Positions 11,200 to 20,658 of a DNA stretch of 64,000 nucleotides are shown here, in pieces. The stretch's first letter is position 1, and every line of letters starts with the position of its first letter. A model generated the notes under the pieces. The model was not told where the DNA came from. It did not search any database and saw nothing but the letters and a program-made list of their open reading frames with translations. Origin of the DNA: [Leptolyngbya] sp. PCC 7376 (GTDB lineage Bacteria > Cyanobacteriota > Cyanobacteriia > Cyanobacteriales > MRBY01); assembly GCF_000316605.1 (NCBI RefSeq), contig NC_019683.1, positions 478,036 to 542,035 of the forward strand, in the 5' to 3' direction. A program made the position numbers and the translations under genes.

Positions 11200-11952
11200 T
11201 TACACTTCAACGAGGAAATCAGGAATAAAACTAGGGTTCAATTCGTCAGGATAACCTTTGGGATTAGCAATTACTCTCGTTTGACCAATGAAGTAGTTTT
11301 GGGTGTGATGAATATGGCCATGTATCCACAGCATAGCGCTGGATTTTGCAACAAAATCGTCAAGATGAGAAGCATAAGCTGCACTGAGTATATTCGCTTT
11401 CTCTTTCTCTGCAATTGATCGCTTACTAGGAGCATGATGTGTAATCACAACAAATTTTTGCTCATTATTTTTGAGCTTTGTTATTTTCTGAGTTAGCCAA
11501 TCTAAAGATTTTCGATGAATAATGGCGGTATCTAGTGATCGAAGCTTTCGATACTGTGGACTAACGCGAATCTTCCTGTAATCCGTCATCACCTGAGTTG
11601 CTTCATAGCCTGCAATTTTAGGTGCGCCGAACAACTCAAAATTTGTCCATAATGTGCAGCCTAGAAAGGTTACTCCATCAATAACTAGACTATCTTTTTC
11701 CAAAATATGGATGTTGGTATCTTGAGCTAGACACTTTAGAGCATCAATATGTTTGGGATATGCTCTGCCATAATATTCATGATTCCCGAGAACGTAGATA
11801 ACAGGTTTATTTGGGAATGTTTTGATAGCCCAATCAATCCCTTTCTTGGCCACATGAATATCGCCAGCAAGAATCACCACATCTGCATTCGTTTGAGGTG
11901 CTTCAAATAGTTCGAATTCATTGTGTAAGTCACTTAAAATGTGCAACTTCAT
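11200..11952 (-). CDS. calcineurin-like metallophosphoesterase
   Basis: MKLHILSDLH, GDIH, GNHEY, GHIH motifs; lower GC than neighbours. Confidence 0.75.
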   Translation of the reverse strand: MKLHILSDLHNEFELFEAPQTNADVVILAGDIHVAKKGIDWAIKTFPNKPVIYVLGNHEYYGRAYPKHIDALKCLAQDTNIHILEKDSLVIDGVTFLGCTLWTNFELFGAPKIAGYEATQVMTDYRKIRVSPQYRKLRSLDTAIIHRKSLDWLTQKITKLKNNEQKFVVITHHAPSKRSIAEKEKANILSAAYASHLDDFVAKSSAMLWIHGHIHHTQNYFIGQTRVIANPKGYPDELNPSFIPDFLVEV

Positions 11953-12028
11953 CTCACTTCAGCCTGCCATCTTATATTTTTAGGACTACCGAATTACTTT
12001 TAAGGATATTCACACAATATTTAAAATT

Positions 12029-12406
12029 ATGGATTGGATTCCCTTGATCGTCGCTTACGGAGCTGTCTTCGGTGCATTAAGTCGTTACTACATAAGCTTA
12101 TTCTGGATACAAAAACAAGGTTCTCAATATCCCTATGGGACGTTATTTGTGAACCTGACTGGGGCGCTAATTATTGGTATATTTGCAGCTCTCGCTGCAG
12201 CTTATGAGCTGCCGATTGTGATTCAAAAATTTATCTTAGTTGGTTTCTTGGGAGCCTATACGACTTTTTCTTCTTACATATTCGACTCAGCCAATTTATT
12301 CCGCAGTGATAGACTTGCCGTCGCCTTTTTATATTGGTTGGGCAGTCCTATCTTAGGATTTGTTTGTGTTGAGCTAGGAATTTTCTTGGGTCGATATTGG
12401 CTATAA
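12029..12406 (+). CDS. crcB: fluoride channel CrcB/Fluc subunit
   Basis: GFLGAYTTFSSY signature, four TM helices, 125 aa. Confidence 0.85.
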   Translation: MDWIPLIVAYGAVFGALSRYYISLFWIQKQGSQYPYGTLFVNLTGALIIGIFAALAAAYELPIVIQKFILVGFLGAYTTFSSYIFDSANLFRSDRLAVAFLYWLGSPILGFVCVELGIFLGRYWL

Positions 12407-12427
12407 AACCGACGATTGATTCTCTTA

Positions 12428-12844
12428 TTAATCTTCAGAAATACTCCAAGATTTAAGAACCTTACCTAAAGTCACCCCTAGACCAAAACAAAAAAAACCT
12501 AGTAACGGACTACCTATCCAATATGTCAACTCTCCTAGTAGATTTCTAGTCTCCAGCAAGTTAGCGGCATCTAGCTCATAGGATGAAAATGTTGTGTAGG
12601 CTCCTAAAAAGCCTGTGGTAATTAACAGCAATTCGTCTGGATTTAATGATAGGCGATGGCTAGCTAAAGTTGTTATGAATCCCATTAAAAAGCAGCCACT
12701 GATGTTGATGAGCATAGTTCCAATAGGAAACTCTAGCGCTAGGGATTGAGTGAGCCACTGACCGACAAAATAGCGACAGAGTGCACCTATAATTGCCCCT
12801 AAACTAATCGCGATAGGTGTTCGGAGCGCTGGGCTATCTAACAT
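12428..12844 (-). CDS. crcB: fluoride channel CrcB/Fluc subunit (second paralog, convergent)
   Basis: GFLGAYTTFSSYE signature, 138 aa. Confidence 0.85.
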   Translation of the reverse strand: MLDSPALRTPIAISLGAIIGALCRYFVGQWLTQSLALEFPIGTMLINISGCFLMGFITTLASHRLSLNPDELLLITTGFLGAYTTFSSYELDAANLLETRNLLGELTYWIGSPLLGFFCFGLGVTLGKVLKSWSISED

Positions 12845-12925
12845 TCTTTTGATGTTTGACTAGTAAATGACATTTTGGTCTTGTCCTTGAAAAATCATAA
12901 AAATCTATACTTACAATTGCTCGCC

Positions 12926-13699
12926 TTATTCCAGAACTAGTTGAGACTCATTGTTAAAGAATTGCCGATAAATGCCTTCTGTGACGAGAGATGTACTGAG
13001 CATATTAGTGGCAGCAATCATAAACAGAATGAGGATTTGATAGGAAGCTGCGTTTAAAGGATCGATGCCAGATAAAACTTGTCCTGTAAAAATACCGGGC
13101 AAACTGACAAGTCCGACAACCATCATGACGTTAATAGTTGGGATTAGGCTGGCTCGGATTGCTTCGCGGCGATAGGTGGCGATCGCCTGTTTTGGAGTTG
13201 CGCCGAGACAGAGCTGAGTTTCGATTTCGAGGCGACTAGATTTGATTTGGCTACTGAGTCTTTCCCCCGCAAGAGACGCACTATTCATCGCATTGCCCAT
13301 CATCATTCCTGACAACGGAATCAAATATTGTGGGTCATACCAACGCTCAGGTTGCACGATAAAGATCAACACATAGGTTAGAGGCAACGCAAACCCAAGA
13401 AAAATTGACCCAAACATTAACGGAAAATTGCCTGCGCCCTGTAGACGATTTTTTGAGGCGATCGCCGCGATGGAGAGCATCACCAGAATAATGCCGAACA
13501 CAGGTATCGGATGTGCCAATGCAAAGACCGCTCCCAGCACATAGCCCACCACCGCAAGCTGGAGAAGAGTGCGTCCTGTGGCGATGAGAAATTGTCCTTC
13601 GAGATCAAGCTTTTGCCACCGAGATAGGGCGATCGCCAATGCGATTAATCCAAAAGCCCATCCCAAATCCCCTCCGTCGAGCTGAATAAATTCGTCCAT
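12926..13699 (-). CDS. UPF0014 (FetB/YbbM-like) ABC-type permease
   Basis: 257 aa, approximately 7 TM helices, family resemblance to FetB iron-export permease; no adjacent ATPase. Confidence 0.6.
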   Translation of the reverse strand: MDEFIQLDGGDLGWAFGLIALAIALSRWQKLDLEGQFLIATGRTLLQLAVVGYVLGAVFALAHPIPVFGIILVMLSIAAIASKNRLQGAGNFPLMFGSIFLGFALPLTYVLIFIVQPERWYDPQYLIPLSGMMMGNAMNSASLAGERLSSQIKSSRLEIETQLCLGATPKQAIATYRREAIRASLIPTINVMMVVGLVSLPGIFTGQVLSGIDPLNAASYQILILFMIAATNMLSTSLVTEGIYRQFFNNESQLVLE

Positions 13700-13769
13700 C
13701 TTGCTTTTTTTTTAAACTCCAATACCCTATAACAGTTATATTTATGCCACTTCTCCGTCACCGCCACCT

Positions 13770-14891
13770 ATGAGCCAAATTCCTCCCGTTGATTTAGGAC
13801 GCCAATACGCAACCATTGCAGATGAAGCCAATGCAGCCGTTCTAGATATTCTCAGCTCTGGGCGTTACATCGGCGGCGCACCTGTCACAGACTTTGAAAC
13901 TCATTTTGCGGCCTATCACGAAACTCCCTATGCAGCAGGTTGCAACTCTGGAACTGACGCATTATTTCTCGGCTTAAAAGGATTAGGCATTGGGGCTGGC
14001 GATGAAGTTATTACTTCTACCTTTACGTTTATTGCCACAGCCGAAGCAATTTGTATGATGGGGGCAACGCCCGTTTTTGTTGATATTACAGCGGATAGTT
14101 TTAATCTCGATCTCGACCAAGTTAAAGCTGCCATCACTCCCAAGACAAAAGCCGTCATTCCAGTGCATCTTTTCGGACGACCCGTTGATATGCATAAGCT
14201 CATGGCGATCGCCGCTGACCATAATTTAAAAATCATTGAAGACTGTGCCCAAGCCACTGGAGCTGCATGGGGTGATAAGAAAGTTGGGGCGATTGGTGAT
14301 GTCGGTTGTTTTAGTTTCTTCCCCACGAAAAATCTTGGTGGTTGCGGTGATGGTGGTGCCATTACGACCCACAATGAAAGACTGCTCGCTGAAGTCAAGA
14401 TGCTACGGCAACATGGCTCAAAAATTCGGTATCAACATGATGTAATGGGTGTAAACAGTCGTCTTGATACCATCCAAGCAGTCATCCTCAATATCAAACT
14501 GCGCCATCTCGACCAGTGGAATAAACAGAGGGCGGCGATCGCCCAACGCTATACAAAATTATTGGCCGGTTTAGAAGAGCAGATTCAATTACCCACTAGC
14601 CCTAATGGCGGAACTCATATTTGGAATCAGTACACACTTTTAGTGAAGGATGGCAAGCGGGATACTCTCAAAGCAAAACTTCAGGAACAGGGGGTTAGCT
14701 CTATGATTTATTATCCAAAGCCTCTACATTTACAGCCTGTCTTTTTGGAATATGACTATCAATCAGGTCAATTTCCTATTGCGGAAGAATGCTCCCATCA
14801 GGTTTTGTCGCTGCCGATGTTTCCCGATCTGAGCGAACCAGAACAGCAGCAAGTGGTGGCTGCTCTGAAAAAATCTCTCACTGAAATTTAG
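13770..14891 (+). CDS. DegT/DnrJ/EryC1/StrS-family PLP-dependent sugar aminotransferase
   Basis: Characteristic N-terminus (LGRQYATIADEANAAVLDILSSGRYIGG), PLP-Lys region FSFFPTKNLG. Confidence 0.85.
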   Translation: MSQIPPVDLGRQYATIADEANAAVLDILSSGRYIGGAPVTDFETHFAAYHETPYAAGCNSGTDALFLGLKGLGIGAGDEVITSTFTFIATAEAICMMGATPVFVDITADSFNLDLDQVKAAITPKTKAVIPVHLFGRPVDMHKLMAIAADHNLKIIEDCAQATGAAWGDKKVGAIGDVGCFSFFPTKNLGGCGDGGAITTHNERLLAEVKMLRQHGSKIRYQHDVMGVNSRLDTIQAVILNIKLRHLDQWNKQRAAIAQRYTKLLAGLEEQIQLPTSPNGGTHIWNQYTLLVKDGKRDTLKAKLQEQGVSSMIYYPKPLHLQPVFLEYDYQSGQFPIAEECSHQVLSLPMFPDLSEPEQQQVVAALKKSLTEI

Positions 14892-15016
14892 GTTTGTGTG
14901 TAGGGCGATCGCCTGAAGAGGTAACAAAACGCTGCAACAATCGAACGTCTCCAGACCGGACTTTCATAATGGGAGAGTACGGAATTTGGTGGCGCGAAAA
15001 AATAGCCTTGGCTCCT

Positions 15017-15955
15017 ATGAAAAATGATTGGCTCACAAAAACATTAACGGTTGGTTTGAGTGTCTTTGCTCTGACGGTGACAGCTTGTAGCCCTGCGATT
15101 GAAGAAGAGGCAATTGAAGAGACCCCATCAGAAACCTCTAACGCAATAACAAATGAGGCCGGTGAGACTTTAGAAGACAACCGAACACTTGGTGAACCTA
15201 TTGCCCAAAGTCCAGCAACAACTCCTGTTGCCGAGGCTCCCGAAACGGAAATCGACAACGAAAGTGAATTGGAATCGCCATCCACTGATACCGTTAGCGA
15301 GATTTTCTATTTGAGTCAATATCAGAGTGAGTCATGGGAGATTACCATTGCAGAAGGCGCCCAAGGATTTACCTATTATGGCTGTAACACTGGGGATGGT
15401 CTCGAAGACCCTTGTATCGTTCTGACAGAAGGCACACGTACCTGTGGTGGTGATGTTTGTATCTATGAGTGGGTATCAGGTGACATCACCTACGAAGCTG
15501 AAATCTCTGAGTATGGCAATAATTTGCTGGTGAGCCAAGGTGATACTGTCCTACTAGAAGAGCCTTATTTAGAGCCGTTTTATACCTCGGATGATGATAT
15601 TCCTGCCGACCGAGAAGATGTGACTGGTATTTCTGAGGCTCAACTCAAGGCCACCGCTGACCAAATTTATCAAGCTGTTTATGAGAGAAATTGGCAGGCA
15701 CTTGCCTCTCTCAGTACAGACCCTGTCAAAGTGAATTACCCTGATGAGGAAAAGTCCACCGAGGTCTCCAATAGCGACCTTCCCGATATCTTAAGCGAAG
15801 CTGACCTAACCCAGTGGGAAGCCCGAATTATGACAAATACAATTGATGACCTTTTGCTTAATCAATATGGCGCGATGTTTGGCGGTGGTGGAATTTGGAT
15901 CAGCGAAATTATTGGTGAGTCAGAACCGCAAATTTACAGCATCAACATTTGGTAA
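15017..15955 (+). CDS. acidic secreted lipoprotein, hypothetical
   Basis: Internal ATG at 15017 gives MKNDWLTKTLTVGLSVFALTVTAC lipoprotein signal (lipobox LTAC); very acidic (D/E-rich) mature protein. Confidence 0.5.
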   Translation: MKNDWLTKTLTVGLSVFALTVTACSPAIEEEAIEETPSETSNAITNEAGETLEDNRTLGEPIAQSPATTPVAEAPETEIDNESELESPSTDTVSEIFYLSQYQSESWEITIAEGAQGFTYYGCNTGDGLEDPCIVLTEGTRTCGGDVCIYEWVSGDITYEAEISEYGNNLLVSQGDTVLLEEPYLEPFYTSDDDIPADREDVTGISEAQLKATADQIYQAVYERNWQALASLSTDPVKVNYPDEEKSTEVSNSDLPDILSEADLTQWEARIMTNTIDDLLLNQYGAMFGGGGIWISEIIGESEPQIYSINIW

Positions 15956-15973
15956 ATCTCAAAGAGTAAACCG

Positions 15974-16744
15974 CTATAAACCCGGTTGAGTTTGGGCAAA
16001 TAGAGCGGAGAAATTATTGGTGACTGTTGCTTGAGATTCCGGCTTGGTTACCACATCAAATGCTTTATTGCGGGCATTGGGTTCGAGTAAAGCTTGCACT
16101 ACAACTTCTGCAACATCCGCGCGAGGAATGCCTGTTGTTATGCCATCAGGAGTGTTCTTGAGCAAGACATCATTTTTGCTGACGACGAGTTCTCGTTTAC
16201 CACCTTTTTCGTTGAGCAAACCACCTGCCCGAACGATGGTGTAGTCAATGCCGGAGTCGACAAGATATTGCTCTGCCTTGCGTTTCCAAATCAAAATATT
16301 GCCGTTGCCGAGGGTATTCAGAAAATGATTTTCGTCAGTACCGCCCATCGAACCAATGAGCACAATATGCTGAACTCCAGCCTTTTTTGCGGCATTAATT
16401 TGGTTAAGCTGACCTTGATAGTCAATCTGTTCGGGCATTTCTCCGTCTGGAAAGGCGAATTCTGGCCGTTGTCCGGTTTGGGAAGGCGCTTTCATTTGAG
16501 GTGTTGCGCTGGTGAGAATCACTAAGGCATCACAGCCTACAATAGCTGTCTCAAGAGCCTGTGTTTCCAGAATGCTACCGAAGTAAAAATTCTCAGTGGA
16601 GCCAAATATTTCTGTGGCTTTCTGAGGCGATCGCCCAAAGCATTTAACCGAAAATTGCTTTGGTAATGCTTGCAGCTTTTGAACGACTAAGGAGCCTGTG
16701 CGTCCAGTGGCACCAGTGACAAGAATTTGGAGAGGATTAGACAT
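15974..16744 (-). CDS. NAD(P)H-binding atypical SDR (NmrA-like) oxidoreductase
   Basis: Start at MSNPLQILVTGATGRTGSLVVQKL (GxxGxxG); intact paralog of the two truncated fragments at 29.4 and 33.4 kb. Confidence 0.8.
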   Translation of the reverse strand: MSNPLQILVTGATGRTGSLVVQKLQALPKQFSVKCFGRSPQKATEIFGSTENFYFGSILETQALETAIVGCDALVILTSATPQMKAPSQTGQRPEFAFPDGEMPEQIDYQGQLNQINAAKKAGVQHIVLIGSMGGTDENHFLNTLGNGNILIWKRKAEQYLVDSGIDYTIVRAGGLLNEKGGKRELVVSKNDVLLKNTPDGITTGIPRADVAEVVVQALLEPNARNKAFDVVTKPESQATVTNNFSALFAQTQPGL

Positions 16745-16916
16745 TCCGGTTAACAGCAAATAAAAATAGCAATACCAAGCCATACTCTAAAGTAATCGTC
16801 AGTCTTAAACAAACTCCTAACATGAGTTATTGACTCTAGAAAGTGTGGCATCTTCTGGGGCGATCGCCATACTTGATTGAAAAAAATAGAGACAATCCAA
16901 TATCTCTAGATTATCT

Positions 16917-17336
16917 ATGATGAAACATATGGATTTAAATCAAGCATTTAACCAAATACGAACTTTAGGAACGAATGGCATCAATTGCGATGTGACGACA
17001 GAAAATATTATTGAACGCCTATCAACATGGTCAAAGAATTTTGAGTTCGATGTTTTAGAAATCGATTATGCCACAGTGAAATTAGCTTTCAAGACAATGC
17101 CGAAAGAGCTGCGTAAATTTTGCGAAGAAGTCTATGAGTTTTGCCCTGACACTATTGATCAAGGATATGGCTGTTTAATGGATCTCATCGAGATCGCGGA
17201 GGCACATGGGCAACAGATACCACCTGAAAATCTAGAGCTAATGGAAGGGCTTGATCCAGATTCCGATGATTTTGGATTAGAGGTGATGCAGAGAGATTTA
17301 TTAAGGACAAAGACATTAACGCTTTGGTGGGATTAG
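16917..17336 (+). CDS. hypothetical protein (139 aa)
   Basis: ORF with RBS; acidic; no family recognised; preceded by a repeated ~70-bp element. Confidence 0.4.
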   Translation: MMKHMDLNQAFNQIRTLGTNGINCDVTTENIIERLSTWSKNFEFDVLEIDYATVKLAFKTMPKELRKFCEEVYEFCPDTIDQGYGCLMDLIEIAEAHGQQIPPENLELMEGLDPDSDDFGLEVMQRDLLRTKTLTLWWD

Positions 17337-18041
17337 TCTAAACTTACCCTCTTGAAAATACTTCGATGATCAAGAGCTAATTGACTCTAGAAATTGTGTA
17401 ATCCGTTGAGGCGATCGCCATACTCAATAAAAAAGGTTAGAGAGAATTCTTTATTGCTAATTTATTCATGCTTGAAGTATATAGTTAGTGTTCTGAAAAG
17501 ATTGCTTTATTCAAAGTTCGTGGCATTCGGATTTAGATCTACTTTTGATTGAAAAAATATAGGCTTAAAAATCGTTGATAATAGAGTGCCGCTATAAGAT
17601 GGAAATCGAAAATACTTATCTCTGGAAGAATTTAAAGATAGTGTAAATGGTTTTTCGTTATTGCTTGAATTGTTAAAGAATAATGAAAAAAGAGATTTGT
17701 TATAATAGTCTTAGTAAAGTGTCAGTCTAAAGAAATTGGAGGTGAATCCAATTCTCTGTTGTAACTTATTAAGATCTTTTCTTGGAAGCCAAATGATCGT
17801 AAGCTGCCGCCTATGGCGACCTTTCGTCAAGGTGATCGATTGTGTTTTTGTAAGATCTTATAGACTAGCCTTTCGGTAACAGGATATTTGTGAGGTGATA
17901 GGTGATTCTATTGCCTTCTGATTAAAACTTTAAAGAAACAAGTCCACATTGATTTTCTGAATAGGACTTGCTCAAAAAGTTTCACTTCGCAGTAAATACT
18001 CCTGTTTCAAAAGTGCATAAGGCAGTATTTTCTGATTTGAG

Positions 18042-18257
18042 GTGAAGACAATGACAGATAATCCAAGTACGCTCCGAATGGAGCAGCAGTTTCGTTTGAA
18101 GATGTTAGGCGATGCAGTGAAAGGTGCTAGCCATGAGCAACTAGAGGAGCTTTTTCTCGAAGCTTCGAGGCAGTTGATGTTAAAAGATAACTGGATTCAT
18201 CAAATGTTCAGAGAATGTCATTTTTCTGGATTCCCTGGTTTGAAAAAATCAACATAG
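18042..18257 (+). CDS. nblA: phycobilisome degradation protein NblA
   Basis: Matches NblA consensus: ...LRMEQQFRLKML...SHEQLEELFLEASRQLMLKDN..MFRE; approximately 60-70 aa; long AT-rich leader upstream. Confidence 0.75.
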   Translation: MKTMTDNPSTLRMEQQFRLKMLGDAVKGASHEQLEELFLEASRQLMLKDNWIHQMFRECHFSGFPGLKKST

Positions 18258-18552
18258 GTAAAAAATAACTAGGACTGAAGTAATCCTTTATCAGTAAATC
18301 GTTGATAGGGAAGTATTTTTCGTGAAGAGATATAGGTTGCATAATGCTTCCCTAATTGACGATCGTCCTTTAGTAGCCAGGTAAAGTCGAGAGTTTATCT
18401 GATATTTGGGTTTGTGGCAGTAGAAAAAGTCTATGCCGTAGTAAATTGTGCTGGCTGAATAATGAGATAAAGCTCGGATTCTCGAAAAAAATATAGGCCG
18501 TTTTTTAATGTGGCTCCCTTGCGACAGGGATGTCCGGTCAGGAGGTTAAATT

Positions 18553-20562
18553 ATGTCAGTAATTAGTGATGAATTACAAGACAAAAAAAAGATTGTATTG
18601 GAAGATTTTTCTTTGGTTAATCAGTCAAAGAAATTAGAAAGGCATGAAATAAAAAGTCATATGGATGGTTTGAAAGAGTATTTTCGTGACCAAAAATCTC
18701 ACTTTGCAGGATATCAAGTTAACGCTGACTTTGATTATTCTGCTCTGTCTGATTTTTTGGAGTTCCATATTAATAATGTTGGTGACCCATTTGTCGCGGG
18801 CACCTATGGCATTCACTCACGGATGATGGAACGCCCTATCATCGAATTCTTTGCCAAACTTTTTCATGCAAAAGAGAAGGATTATTGGGGTTATGTGACT
18901 AGTGGTGGCACTGAGGCAAATATGTATGGTCTGTATACAGGCCGTGTTTTTCTAGAGTCAGAATCAACATCGTCTGTATCTCCCAAGCCCATCGCCTATT
19001 TTTCTGAGGAGACCCATTATTCGATCCGTAAGGCGCTGCGAATGTTGGCGATTGACTCTGAGATTATCTCGTCTACGCCAAAAGGATCTATCAAGGTATC
19101 CAAATTAATGGATGCCATTCTGCAAAGTGATATCGATGCGAATCCTCCTCTGATTGTGGTGACCATGGGGACATCCTTTAAATGTGCCTACGATGATTTG
19201 GAGGAGATTGTTAAACAATTGCGTCAACACCATATCGAGAAGTTTTACATTCATGTTGATGCGGCATTGAGTGGACTATTTCTACCTTTTCTTGAGGTGA
19301 GTCAGGAAAATGATCATGATGCTAAGCTCTCCACAAACAAGATTCCTATTTTCGATTTTCGTCTCCCCATCGGCAGTATCGCGGTCTCCGGACATAAGTT
19401 TATTGGGACGCCTTTTCCTTGCGCCATTTTTATGACGCTGAAAGGCAACATGAGGCATGAGTGGGAAAAAATTGACTACGTGGGTAGTCTTGATTCCACG
19501 ATGTCAGGGTCACGTAATGGGTTGGCTCCCATCTTCCTTTGGTATGCGATCGCCACAAAAGGATTTAGTGGATTGACTAAATATGCGTTAAAAATGCTCG
19601 AAACCGCAGACTATGCCGTTCAGCGGATTACCGATGCAGGCTTGAATGTTTGGAAAAATGATCTTGGTTTATCCGTGATCTTTGATCGTCCGCCGGAGTG
19701 GATTGTTCGCAAATGGTCTTTGGCAACGGTCGGAAATATGTCCCACATCTTCACGATGGGTCATGTCACTCATGAAATGATCGATGAACTTACCCAAGAT
19801 TTACAGCAAGCAAGGCAAACTGGGCTGCGGAAAGAACAGCTGCCGAGTCATCATGTTCCCGCATTGACGATGGATGCGACGAATATTCCAAGTGTTAATT
19901 TCAATTGTCGAACTGACTACGCTTTGGAGCATGTTAATTCGATTGACCTGAAAAAACTTGAGCCGTTTTTCGAGGATATGCCTGCTGATGCTTATCTCGA
20001 AGGTGGTTATCGATTCAGACGTTTTTCGCATATAGAAGTGGTTGGCGATCGCATTCATCGATTACCCCATGGCTATTTATTCCAGAGTCAAGATTACAAT
20101 CCCTTGCTAGGTGACGTGGTGAGAGATTATCCCGAATGTGACCAAGCATTGATTGATCTGCCTGATTTCCAGAAGTTGATATTTGAATTCTTTGAATTTG
20201 CGCGACTATGCACAACCTCCAATAAGATTGGTGTTCATCAAATTCGCACAATCGCCAGGATGGATCATGTTGGTCATCCTGCCCCAGAAGGTCGCCATCA
20301 AGATGGTGTGGATACGATCGGTATCTTTTGTTTGCGTCGCCACAACATTGAAGGAGCTGAAACCTCGCTATTTAAATCGAAGGATAGTGAGCAACCTGTG
20401 ATGACAAAAATCCTCAATCCTGGGGAATTACTCGTGGTCAGTGATCGCCAATATTTCCATTACACATCTCCCACCCGTGCACTCTCGACTGAGAACGGTA
20501 TTCGGGATGTATTTGTCCTCACTTGTCCTGACTTAGTCACGACAGAATTACCGAAACGATGA
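18553..20562 (+). CDS. bifunctional fusion: group-II PLP-dependent decarboxylase (histidine-decarboxylase-like) + C-terminal PF10014-type Fe(II)/2OG dioxygenase domain
   Basis: N-domain approximately 430 aa with SGHKFIGTPFPC PLP-lysine motif of the bacterial HDC type; C-domain approximately 235 aa with HQDG (HxD) and distal FHYTSP His, about 60% identical to the downstream stand-alone gene. Confidence 0.75.
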   Translation: MSVISDELQDKKKIVLEDFSLVNQSKKLERHEIKSHMDGLKEYFRDQKSHFAGYQVNADFDYSALSDFLEFHINNVGDPFVAGTYGIHSRMMERPIIEFFAKLFHAKEKDYWGYVTSGGTEANMYGLYTGRVFLESESTSSVSPKPIAYFSEETHYSIRKALRMLAIDSEIISSTPKGSIKVSKLMDAILQSDIDANPPLIVVTMGTSFKCAYDDLEEIVKQLRQHHIEKFYIHVDAALSGLFLPFLEVSQENDHDAKLSTNKIPIFDFRLPIGSIAVSGHKFIGTPFPCAIFMTLKGNMRHEWEKIDYVGSLDSTMSGSRNGLAPIFLWYAIATKGFSGLTKYALKMLETADYAVQRITDAGLNVWKNDLGLSVIFDRPPEWIVRKWSLATVGNMSHIFTMGHVTHEMIDELTQDLQQARQTGLRKEQLPSHHVPALTMDATNIPSVNFNCRTDYALEHVNSIDLKKLEPFFEDMPADAYLEGGYRFRRFSHIEVVGDRIHRLPHGYLFQSQDYNPLLGDVVRDYPECDQALIDLPDFQKLIFEFFEFARLCTTSNKIGVHQIRTIARMDHVGHPAPEGRHQDGVDTIGIFCLRRHNIEGAETSLFKSKDSEQPVMTKILNPGELLVVSDRQYFHYTSPTRALSTENGIRDVFVLTCPDLVTTELPKR

Positions 20563-20658
20563 GAGTGTTTTTGGCGCAAACATGCTCTCACTAACTTTGC
20601 TGTTTAGTTGGGCGATCGCCACATTTTTGAAGTATTCCAAATCCAAATAGGAGTAATC

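Noticed and set aside
11953-12028. Possible fluoride riboswitch in crcB leaders (also 12845..12925)
   Set aside because: I could not identify the conserved crcB-motif pseudoknot or consensus in either leader by eye. Left as a check under findings rather than a feature.
13928-14398. 156-aa minus-strand ORF inside the DegT aminotransferase gene
   Set aside because: Antisense to a confidently identified gene; Pro/Ala-rich translation typical of GC-rich antisense frames.
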